A stretch of 64,000 nucleotides of DNA, taken from the NCBI RefSeq assembly GCF_026571515.1, contig NW_026859820.1, positions 124,001-188,000 on the forward strand. The letters run 5' to 3'. This document shows positions 35,980 to 47,400 of this stretch, in pieces; within the stretch, counting starts at the first letter, position 1; each line of letters begins with the position of its first letter. The stretch comes from Ruditapes philippinarum. Taxonomy: Eukaryota. The notes under the pieces were generated by a model. That model searched no databases and had not been told where the DNA came from. It saw only the letters and a list, made by a program, of their open reading frames with translations. The translations under genes and the position numbers were made by a program.

Positions 35980-37050
35980 CTAAAATTTCACAGCATCGTA
36001 ATGTCCTTTTCCGGGATATCTGGTGTCGTCCTCGAACACATATTTCTGGTCTGGATCAAAGGAAGGACTTTTGTGACATTGATCATTTCCCGCATCATAC
36101 GCGTGATTTATAAACACGAGTCTCTGCGCAGCGTTCTCGGCCTTTAGGTCGTCTTGTTCGTCGAATGAATCATTGAGGGAATGTAAAAGAGGTGGTGGCG
36201 GCGGAGGAGGCGGGACAATGACATTATTACAATCTCCATCGTCATCAGAGCACCTCGGTACTTCCGGTTGCGATATTTCAGTTGTCCCGGAAACTGGTTC
36301 AAATATTTGTATCGGTCTTCCTCCATCTTCACTGTCATCCTCTTCTTTCCTTATACTAACAGCTATTTCACCGTCACCGACCACAGTTGCGCCATCGTCA
36401 TCATAACCTTTGACAGCTTTATCTAACTCATATATTGCTTCATTTTCTTTTGTAGAATCCGTATTAGCTTTACTATTTGAATCACTTGAACTATCATCGT
36501 TTTTGTTAGACTTGGTTTTTACTTTTGCCTTTTCCTTTTTGACATCATTTTTTGTATTAACTTCGCTATATCTACACCAGTATAAGAGGCAGAAGAGACT
36601 TAGCAATGCTGCTGTTACTCCCCCAGCAATTAGACCTATTATGGCACTCTTCCGGTACTGGTCCAACAAGTCTTTATATAATGCTCCATTAACATTCAGT
36701 CCAATTTTTAGCGTATGGACTAAGTAGATGTAGTTGTCCCAAAGAATCACACAATAGTACCATCCAAAATCTTCTTCGTCTACGTTAGTAATTGTAAGAT
36801 TGAAATCCGGAGACTCCCCGACAAAGTATCTGCTGTTATTGCCGGATTCATGCCACCATTGAATTACCGATCCATTTGGTAAAATCCAATATTTTTTAAA
36901 GGTTGTATACGGAAGTGCTAAAAGTTTGTCGTCACAAGTGAGCGTAAAATTGGAGAAGTATTCCGCCTTGAATTCAACTTCAACAGACGATACGAAACGC
37001 AGCACGATGGATGATAAAATCAGGGCAACTAAATTTTGCAATGGAGGCAT
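35980..37050 (-). CDS. Single-Ig-domain type I membrane protein, paralog D (356 aa)
   Basis: Acceptor tttcatttcag then TGAC-ATG (37050); candidate UTR donor cag|gtaag near 37688. Motifs EYFSNFTLTC, KKYWILPNG, DEEDFGWYYC, LNVNGA; TM AIIGLIAGGVTAALLSLFCLLYWC; ~197-aa acidic tail with poly-Pro. Confidence 0.9.
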   Translation of the reverse strand: MPPLQNLVALILSSIVLRFVSSVEVEFKAEYFSNFTLTCDDKLLALPYTTFKKYWILPNGSVIQWWHESGNNSRYFVGESPDFNLTITNVDEEDFGWYYCVILWDNYIYLVHTLKIGLNVNGALYKDLLDQYRKSAIIGLIAGGVTAALLSLFCLLYWCRYSEVNTKNDVKKEKAKVKTKSNKNDDSSSDSNSKANTDSTKENEAIYELDKAVKGYDDDGATVVGDGEIAVSIRKEEDDSEDGGRPIQIFEPVSGTTEISQPEVPRCSDDDGDCNNVIVPPPPPPPPLLHSLNDSFDEQDDLKAENAAQRLVFINHAYDAGNDQCHKSPSFDPDQKYVFEDDTRYPGKGHYDAVKF

Positions 37051-38355
37051 GTCACTGAAATGAAAATATATTTCAGTCAACTACAAGAAATATGAGGAAG
37101 GAATCAAAATAGAATAAAACGTTATATCGTAATGAAGCTCTAAAGGTTAATTTTAAGCGTATTATAGATGCGTTTTCGTATTTTCTTTTTTATTCGGTCT
37201 CGCAAGACAGGAAGGCTCGCCAGAAATCCACAGACTAGCCTCTGTTTTTTTTTTATCTAAGTCTGACACATATTAATGCCTTTCAAGAAAATGTATGATT
37301 CCGATTATTTCAATAGAGTTTTTTTTTTCTTTTTAAGAATGTACGGTATATACCGTATCATTTACATATGATAGTTACGAAAAGACTGGACAGTGTAAGT
37401 AAATAAAATGTTTTTTTTTAATAAATGCGGCGTCAAATCGTAAATTTTATACTTAAATTTGATTAATCTGAATTGGTGTTTTCCCAAATAGTATCATAAG
37501 ACAATCTTACATCGCTCAAACTTTGTCTATTTAGCCAAAAATGCATGTAAGATGTTATAAATTCAAACAGCCTTTTTTCTTTAAATACAATGCATTGTAA
37601 ATCGTTCGATGTTTATCTTTATATAATATACGAAGGTTCTCCCGGAGTCATATTACCTGATTTTAAAATGAAAACAAAAATGGCTTACCTGACAAATAAA
37701 TGGCCGAATAAAGATTCTTAAAATCTCATTAAATTTTTATGTTTTCGTACAAAGGTTTTATCACAAATATGAGAAATTCTCAATCGCTTAAGAACAAAGT
37801 CATCACAGTTTATATTAATATAATACCTCTATAAAAATGTTACCTTTCGCAAATACGGATTTGTTTAAACAAGTTACTTGTACCCAGAGTGCATGTAAAT
37901 TTACTCTCTTGTTTTCTTAAGTTAGAACAAAGTTTTTACAATTTTAACAACCTACACGAGGGTTTGTAAACAAATAAATCGATCAATGTAACAAATTATG
38001 TTCCCTCTTCGACACTTATGCCATTTTTTTCTTCGTTTTTTTCCCCGAAATTCCTAGTTATACAAAAATATTGTATGTCAATGATTTATTATAGGAATGA
38101 AATATCTATGTACCTTTTTTACCCTAGTATAAATCATAAAACAAAGATTATAAAAGCAGTTTACATGATAATTACATGAGTTATTGAAACCAAAACGTTC
38201 GATTTTATTTATTCTTATGCATGTATTGTTTCACATTTTAAAACTCCTTTTAGAATCTGTGTACTATATAAGCATTTTTTTTAAAGTGTATTATCAGTCA
38301 ATTACATAACACCGTAAATGTAACGCGTTTGAATGATATATTGAAAATAAGATAA

Positions 38356-38357
<2 letters not shown>

Positions 38358-38420
<63 letters not shown>

Positions 38421-38530
38421 TAAAATCATTATCTCGTCTCATCTTGGTCATCATCATCATCATCATAAGCACCATCATCATCGCTTCATATTCATCGTAA
38501 TCATCATCATCACAAGCATCACAATCATCG
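38358..38530. repeat. (AAT)n and (CAT)n microsatellites between divergent paralogs D and E
   Basis: Direct reading. Confidence 0.95.
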
Positions 38531-39073
38531 TCATTATACTAGTTATCAAAATTATAATTAAAACAAAGTATACAATTGAATAATGGAGCAGTATTTATTT
38601 ATTTACGAAGAAAATTTCATTTTTCTGATTTCACTAGTTTGGAATCTTTAAACACCGTTAAAATGATTCATTCACCGTTCTCGTTATAAATAAATAGCGC
38701 GATTATTGTTGATTTTGACCTGTTAATTAAAACAATGCAACAATAACTAAAAAACAAAACTTTTCTTAATTAATAGCTAAAGAGGCCTTGCAAATGTTAT
38801 GAAACAATAAATAAAACAAAACAAGACATTAAAACGCGGTATAATGTGACAGGCGTTTTATCATAGACGTCGAATAGTGTTAAATATTTTGAAATCCTTG
38901 ACGATATAAAGTATAATCAGCACAATGTAATATTCACTTGTCATGGAATAATTTATTCAAAAACACGACCCAAGCAAAACAATAAATTTAGTGATTCGCT
39001 CCGTTAAATTCAACGCGTATTTGTTCATTTTTGTTTTTTTACAAATTTCACTTGTTCAACGAAAAAGGATGTT

Positions 39074-40620
39074 ATGGAGGTATGTCTGATTTTTGTTTTC
39101 ATTACATAATTTACATAAAGACATGTATGTATTTTCTTATCCTAGGTGCCCTTCAAAATTGCATTTTTTGCACGTTTTTAAACATGGAGATGAATTACAT
39201 TTTTGTATATAACTTGTGAAGGAAGCTACACGCTTAAAGAAACACTTTTGAATCCGTTCCTGGAATCAAACAGTAATTAGCAATAAGTGTAGTTTCTTAC
39301 TCAACAAGGCAACAGCTGAAGGCCATTGACGGGGTTTAAACCAGTGCGGCAATAGATCCTTAGATAAATAGTCCTAATACTTAACGACCATGTCACCAAC
39401 CTTTATACATTATTTCATTAGTAATGTTTCGCTATTTTCAGGTATATCAGTAGAAGACAATCATTGTGTACTTTTATTGTGATGTCAGATGAATTATGCA
39501 AAATATATTATATCTACGATAATTTAAACTTGTATGACTTAATACAAAAGATATTTTTATATACTTATAATTGAAATATTGAGAAAGATTGATGAAATAA
39601 AATACGTATTTTTATTTTTACGTATTTTCACTGTAAAAAATTACTTTTTACTGCAGTGAAACATATTTTCCATTTTGTCACTGGTGTCTTGCGGACTACT
39701 TTTTCCCAAATTCAGACAAAATAGAAAATTTAAAAAAGGATTCTTCCATAGCATACGATTAAAAAAGAAAAAGTATATAATAAACAGAAAGTTCAAGTTT
39801 TTTTCTATTAAAACAGGATTTATTTTCATCTTGTGGTATGAACATATTCTATTTCACCCGTGGCTAGTGCCACCCATGTAATATTTATTTTCATACCACT
39901 CGATGAAAATAAACATGTATTTATAAAAGAACATGAATATCCCTTTATACTCATTAATACTTAAAGCACATTTAAACACATTAAATTTTACTTTGTAATA
40001 CACATCTCTTTCAGACCGTACAGACATATTTGATAGCATCACTATATTTTTGCTGTGACGTATACAGTATGGACATTAGCCAGAAATACTTCTCTGACGT
40101 TTCAATCAGCTGTCATGAAAGTTCGTTTCGGAATGTCTCTGACAATAAGGAAGAAAACAAGTTTGCTGCAAAAAGTATATGGTTGTTACCAAATGGTGAT
40201 ATTGTTCGGACAGGTCAACATTCGGATAAACAGACAAATGTCTATTCGTCAATTATAAATGAAACATCTGTATTACATGTAAACCGAATTGATGACATAG
40301 ACTTTGGAGTGTATTGGTGTGTTCAGATATTGAACGACTCGAGTGTTGTGGCAAATAAACACACAATAAACATAGACGGGCCTCCGATGCACGAGTTTTA
40401 TGAACAGCAGCGGAGGAACGCGATCGTTGGTGCAATATCTGCCGGTGCTCTGTTAGGAATCATATTAATTACATATATTGTATGGCATTTTCAATGTAGT
40501 GAAAAGATGAGAAGAAAACGTAGACTAACTGATGACTTAGCTAAAGGAATTAACAGATATAGCACACAAATCTACGACAATGTGGGGATGGAACTTTACG
40601 TTAAGAGAACCGACAAATAG
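39074..40620 (+). CDS. Single-Ig-domain type I membrane protein, paralog E (~203 aa)
   Basis: Predicted exon 1 39074-39079 (ATG GAG|gtatgt; tentative) and exon 2 40015-40620 after ctctttcag. Motifs KYFSDVSISC, IWLLPNG, DDIDFGVYWC, INIDGP; TM AIVGAISAGALLGIILITYIVW; tail with IYDNV. Confidence 0.85.
39225..39395 (-). mobile_element. Degraded CORE-type SINE
   Basis: GAATCCGTTCCTGGAA...AGCAAT..GTGTA.TTTCTT is the reverse complement of the core at 62750-62800. Confidence 0.6.
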
Positions 40621-41394
40621 TGAATATTTCATTTTCTATATTTCAAAAATTAATTTGTTTATAGGCATTAATTTCATTCTTACATGGACTTCATCGTCGC
40701 AACCTACAGTATATATTACGTTCCACTGTTACCGGAAAAATTAAATACCTATCACTTTCGTTTTTGTTTTTCATTGGTGGACACAGAGACTAAAAAACCA
40801 ATCGACAGTGGTTACACTTTTGAGTAATTATTATGCATGCCAAGCCATTGCTGTTTTCTAAACTAAGAACATTAAGTTAATATTATGTAAAGTTTGTTGT
40901 ATAATATGTACATGCAGTGTCTTGAATATCCTTACTCACTTGAGTTTCATGGAGGTTGCCTAGTAATATCACACGAACAACTTCTTAAAGGGAGTGGATA
41001 TTTCTTTGAATGACTCGTACACGTTAATCTGAACTGATATTTAGTGAACAGCGGTTAAAATTAGAAACCGCTGTGAAAGCTCACTGATGATTGGCATTTG
41101 AAAGGTCACGAGAAGGTGACATCCTTTTGGTGTCCGTCAGATCCTAATGCGTAGGGTTATTTAGGGGCTGATTTTAATTAGATCGATAAATAGAGAATTA
41201 ATACACTTACGTTCAAGCGTAGAAGTAATTTCCCTGACGTCAATTGGTTTATTGACGTCATTTGTTTCGTCATATATCGTGTAATTATGTAATCGAATGT
41301 CCTATCGTTTTGAAAGGGGGAAATATACAGCGTCTTAGAATTTATAATAACGTAGTTTATCATTAGATAACGTATATATAAAATGTATGTCTTT

Positions 41395-44300
41395 ATGAAA
41401 TACAGCGTTATATTTTTCTTCTTGTTGTTGTTGTATATAGGTATAGTACATAGATCTATTTTGGTTTATCACATACCCGTGCCGCTTTTGCGACTCCGTT
41501 AAAATGGTGTTGCACAGCCGTGTATATATTTTGCGCTATATAAATTTACATAGTAAAAGTGCGCGAAAGAGTTAGGGCTACTTATAATGTGCGCCAATGA
41601 AAAAATGTCTCTTTTCACTTAAACTGAATGTATTTAAGGATTAAAATTATATAATGGGATGCTATGCAACGTTAAGAGTATTTTATTTGCACTTTCGTGA
41701 AAATACAAGTTTCAAATAATTTACAATTCAAGCACATAAGCATTTTACAGATTTATAAAGTTTAACATATCTTCGATTTTAGAAAAGAAGAAGTATGGAT
41801 CTAATATATAAGACATGCAGATAATAAATATCGTTCACTTTTTATATGCTTTTAAAGACATACTATGCTCAAATTTGATTTTTAAAAATATTGATAATTG
41901 CTATACAAAGTCTCTTTGTATGTATAAAATAAACAGGTTTCGACTTAATTTAAAGTAGATATGTTATGTTTTGAACTTTACATACTACAGGTGGTCACAA
42001 TATGAATATATAGTGTCATTAAAAAAACTGGCATTTTTTTTAAAGAAAATACCAACTTTAATTGACATGTAATAAGGAATACTGCTTCCCATACATAGTT
42101 TCTTCATTATTTAATTCAAATTAAACATATTCAGTAAGAATTTCATTGATTTCAAAACATTTCTAAGATAAAAATATCTTACACAAAGATGAGCATAGTA
42201 TATCTTTAAATTCATATAATTATATTAGAAATCTATATTTTATATTTATATACATGTTCATTATTCTTCTACGTTCTACATAGAAACTTTTCTTTTGTTT
42301 TTGATACAATGCTATACATTACATATTTGGGAATAGAAAAGAATATTTGAAAAAATAAATATTTTATTAAGTTATTCAATATTACGTATACTTTATTTTA
42401 CAAATGAACTTCACTTTTAAACTGACAATTAATTAATTAAGATCTGCAGAATATATTGCCAAAATGTAATGAAATATAGCAACTACGCATGATAAAGATG
42501 TCATTACATAAACATGAATACTTAGACACGGCTTTCCATACAAATGATAATGAAATTAGCAATTAGCCATAAATGATCATATATAGTCCAGGGGAGGCAA
42601 CAACGTTAGGTACATTGTAATTGCCAAAATATATTTTGGATTTGATTTAATGAATTCTTTCCAGTTGTATTTTGTATCTTCCTACTCGACACCCATGACA
42701 TCAAAAACATATGTTATTTATTCTAAATAATGTGTTTAAATGGCTAAATATAATTTCCGTCAAAGTAATGTTTCAATCACAAATCATCTAAATTTTAAAC
42801 TTTTATTGTACAATTAAACAAGAGGAAACCGATTATTTCACCGGTTTAGTATAAGGTTTGATCAGTCAAGAGTTTAAATACCGTTAATCCACTGGTCTTT
42901 AATAATTATAATATTGCGGTGTGGTTATGCCATAACAAATAAAGTTTAAAACCACATCTAGCTGATTAATTTAGAAAAATGACGACGTTAACCCCGGGAT
43001 GGTAACAATTAAAACCAGCTTTCTACTTTGGTTTAACAAGATGATGCATACCGGAGATTAGCGGATCCACCCAATTAGTCAGTCATTTCTTTTTGCATAT
43101 TTTCGGCATCTTCCGGCTGATTTCGGTTGACACAATACAGAATCATTTACATGAACATTGACAAATACGTGTGTTATAAAATTAATACATCACTGTTTCT
43201 TTGTTTTGCATTGTACATCGTTCCATTCACTAAAATGCAAACAATTAACCGCTCAATTATGAGGAATAATTCAACATTGGCCTTAATTGAAAACTTATTT
43301 CCTCTGCAAGAGGCGACATATTGAAATACATTCAGTCAAAAGGTAACGTGAAATTGTAGAAGCACGTTTGTTTGTTTTTTGCTAACGAACACTGCATATA
43401 ACCAGAGCAAATTACCTTGGAGTATTCGCTTTATATGTACGAAACCTTTCAGGGAAGAGCCGCCAATGTTTGCAAGACAGTATTTGGTGTCGGACCCATA
43501 TTTGTGGTAGGGTCTCATCTACAAAAGACTTGGGTCTTGTTTCATTAGGTTTATATACATTTCTTAGTACAGCTCCACAAGTTCAGGGCTATCATACATG
43601 GTCGAGGCTTTAGCCTAGACATGGGCTTGAGGTTATAAAACTTTTGGCAAATCTCAGGATTTTCATTGGCCAGTGTACACTCTGTAGTTGATTATGACCA
43701 ATCAAGTACCTGGAATCTGAGTTTGAGCTTAAATGATTTATTTAAAACATTTGACCCAGTAGTAGCCTTGTACGAGTCAAATAGAAACAGTATAATATTC
43801 AAAAATGTATAAGACATCTTTATTTCACACATAAGAATATATAACCAATGTATTTACAGCGTTTGCACCATGTGACCAATTTATCAATTTACCCAGAGTC
43901 CATATTTTATCCATATTATACCCCATATCATATTGCATCGTCCAAAAATATATATATCAAATGCATATCAAATCATACCATACTCCAAATAGCCTTTTAA
44001 ATCAGTGAGAGTCCTAAAATCCATATCATGTCGTTACTATGATAAAGTAACAAAGTTCTTTCAAAATGTTAAAAGATGATGGTCATCATACATTACTGAG
44101 AACAATACAGATTCTTTTTGACTCGTACACGGCTGCAAAAAGTAACTGAGACTCGATCAGCGCCTCGTCCAATATAGCTTTGACAGTTGTGTACTCGCCA
44201 TTATAGAGTTCCCATTACACCAACATTTTTTGACATTTTTCAAAAACTTGGTTACTTCAACTTCAATAAGGATATGGACGTTTGGATTCTCAAAATTAAA

Positions 44301-44425
44301 ACGAGGTCAGATGGAATATGATATTATTAATATACGGACATTTTGGACACTGGAAATGACAAGGAGGGTTTATTAATAACTTCAATAAAAATCAATATTG
44401 ATTTCAGATGAAATATCATGTGGTG

Positions 44426-44462
<37 letters not shown>

Positions 44463-47400
44463 CAAAGTACGGCGTCATGCAATAGGATTTTTTTTCTAAT
44501 TTCCAGTGATTTTAATTTATAATATTGATTATTAAAGTATTACTATCTATCAAATAAAAATGACCAACGGAGTTATTTAAATCAATGCCTCTAGGTACGC
44601 TACGATAAGGTACACAATTTCATATTATGCTTATGTGTTGTTATGGCTGTACAAGTCATCTGAGAGTATAAATCTTGTAACTTTTAAACATAACTTAGCT
44701 AGAGACTTTGATTTAAATAACTGCCTATAAGCTCAATGTAAGAATAATTTATATTTTTAACGTTATGGATTAAAAATCTCTGCACTTAAGTTTTGACGTA
44801 TTTTACTGTCAGACTATAAAAGATATTGTAATATTTTGTTTTAATCCGTTCCAACGAACTACTCTTGGTAAAGGATTAACCCCTTAATCTGTACAAAACC
44901 TATATACATGAGTATTAGCAAGATTAGATGAAACTAAGAGAAACCAAAGACCAAACTATGGTGGTGGAAATTAAACTGTGTAGCTGATAAATCAAAATGA
45001 AATAATTAAAACAATTTGTAGACAATTCTATTAAAGCAGTTTGTGTTTATATGAAAATAACTGATGGAGTGTTCACTTTAAATAAAAGGATAATAAAATG
45101 CAATATTTAATTTGTATCGTCTTTTTATCAACATTATTTTCATCAGGTTATTAAAGTGTTTCTTAGATCTTTTTTTTCTTCATCTTGTATGTTTCTTTTA
45201 TCTCACTTCTTTCATTTTTATTGTTTGAAATTATTTTTCTGTCCAGTAGGATTGCAGTATTTCGAATGAATCGTAACACATTTAAATCAACTATTTATAA
45301 TAAATAATTTCTTATTTATAAGAAATAATTTTTAACACTAAATTGGCAAGTGTTCATAAGTAACTATTTACCATATTAAATGGGTCTTGACCAATTTACA
45401 TTTGTAATTGCTTACTTATAAACACTAACCATACTTAATTGCTATTGACATGCCTTAAAATATTTTGAACGATCATCAAAACTTAAGTATGAAAGAATGA
45501 AAACTTTTATAAATTTGATGCAAGTAAATGATACAGCTGCTCCAAGTCGTTTTGACGCTTATTATGGTTGTTAATTTATGCGGAAAATAAAAATGGTTCG
45601 TATGAAGTCGGCAAACTGCGTCACCTTCCATATATAAAGTAGGTAAAATCTTATGCTAATCATTTGTTGGCAATCACCATTCCACTAAGCGGTGAATCAA
45701 TATGTCTCGTTTCTTGTTGCACAAAGCCTTTTGAATGTGTAAAAGAAAACCAAGGCATGCTTATATTACTCTTATACATGTATATTTAATGTCTTTTAAT
45801 CTATGTTTGGACTTCTCTTCTCGTTTAGCATCTGCAACATGTACGTTTCCAACCGACCTTACTGGGATATGGGAAAACCCAGGTCAAGGCAATTTGACCT
45901 TCAATGAAACACATATGACAGGATATGACGTAGACAGTTACACAGATCTGACGCTAGAATGTCATTTGTTTGCAGACGACAAATATGTTTTAAGGTAAGT
46001 TGGCTGAGGCATTTTCAACACACAGCATCTGTCCATCATATAGTGACTGATTTGGTACACTACGCGTTGCGTTGTCGATAGCGACAACAAAACCTATATC
46101 GTTATCGTCTTTTCGTTTTGTCGCTAGCGACAACACGACAAAGCGCCAAACGGCGCGTTGTCGCTGTGTCGTCTTGTCGTCCTGTCTCTAGCGAAGCAGG
46201 CCAAACGGCGCGTTGTCCTGCGGCGCATTGTTGCCCTGTCGCCTGGATTTAAAATAAATCCTTCGATTTGAACCGAGCGACAATGTTACATTGCAATAAC
46301 ACGCCACACGACAACTTGACGTGCATCGTTAACGACAGGACGACAAGACCAAAGTCAGACAACGCTTTGTCGTGATGTCGCTAGCGCCAATACGACTCAC
46401 AAAAGCGTTCAATAGTCTGCCGACGCTGATTAAGAAATGTTTTGGGAGAAGAAATCGGTTAGTTGGGGATAATTTTGTAATTACTGGTTAGTTATCCAGC
46501 CTAGGCGGTCAGGTGATCCAATCGCAGGAATATGCCAAAACATTGTGTTAAAATCGGCTTAATAAATAATATAACAAACCAACGTACTACCTATACACTA
46601 TAAATAACGCAAGTAAATATATGATAAATTTATGTATGTACGGTACATTTATGTTTGTACAATTCACATTCTTGAAATCCTCGATGTTTGTTTTAATTTT
46701 GCGCATATATTGTTTCGGTACATTTTTTGTGGAGCTTTTCTTTTGGTTAAATGTAGATCTATCTTACACAACACCCCTCCTGGCCCGATTAGTCACTTGT
46801 TGTTTCCATCAAAACAGCTATGCTGAAATTATTTTCTGACTACATATCGTTTTTCAATAAACAACAAAATTCGCTTATTATTCATGTATACTCGATATGA
46901 TTAATGTTATTGAAATTGGAAGAAAAGAAGAAAAAAGTTCATTAACTTTCCAACTTTCTCACAGCTCGACAAAACTGAGAAGTTTTCATTTACAGTTTCG
47001 AGACAAACAACTGAAATATTTAATTGTTTTGTCATGGTCTAGCCACAATCTTTACATTCAGATCTAATATTTCTAAAATTACTGATACCGGTATTGGTGG
47101 TAAACAATTTACAGTTTGTGCGGATTGATTTTGTTTACTACCACCAGTAAACAAGTCGCTAACTATTTTGTCATGCAGTATTTTTATTATTAATTTTTAT
47201 TCTGAATCATAAAATGTGTTTTGTAACGAACTGTCTTCGTACTTTAGAAGTTCAAGTAAATATCTAATTTGCTAATGATTTTACCATGCTCGATAATATA
47301 TTTTGTCGCTCTTAAATTTGATATCATACCAGTATTTTGTATCTATATGTACTTAAAACACCATAATTATACAAGTCACTATAATTATACAAGTACAATG

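Noticed and set aside
39442-39500. Possible extra exon of paralog E after ttttcag
   Set aside because: In-frame stop (GTA TAT CAG TAG) if joined to the ME exon, and no convincing donor; cannot be excluded as a UTR exon.
43620-43760. Possible degenerate Harbinger-type MITE (GAGGTTATAAAAC end)
   Set aside because: The right terminal repeat is too decayed to support boundaries.
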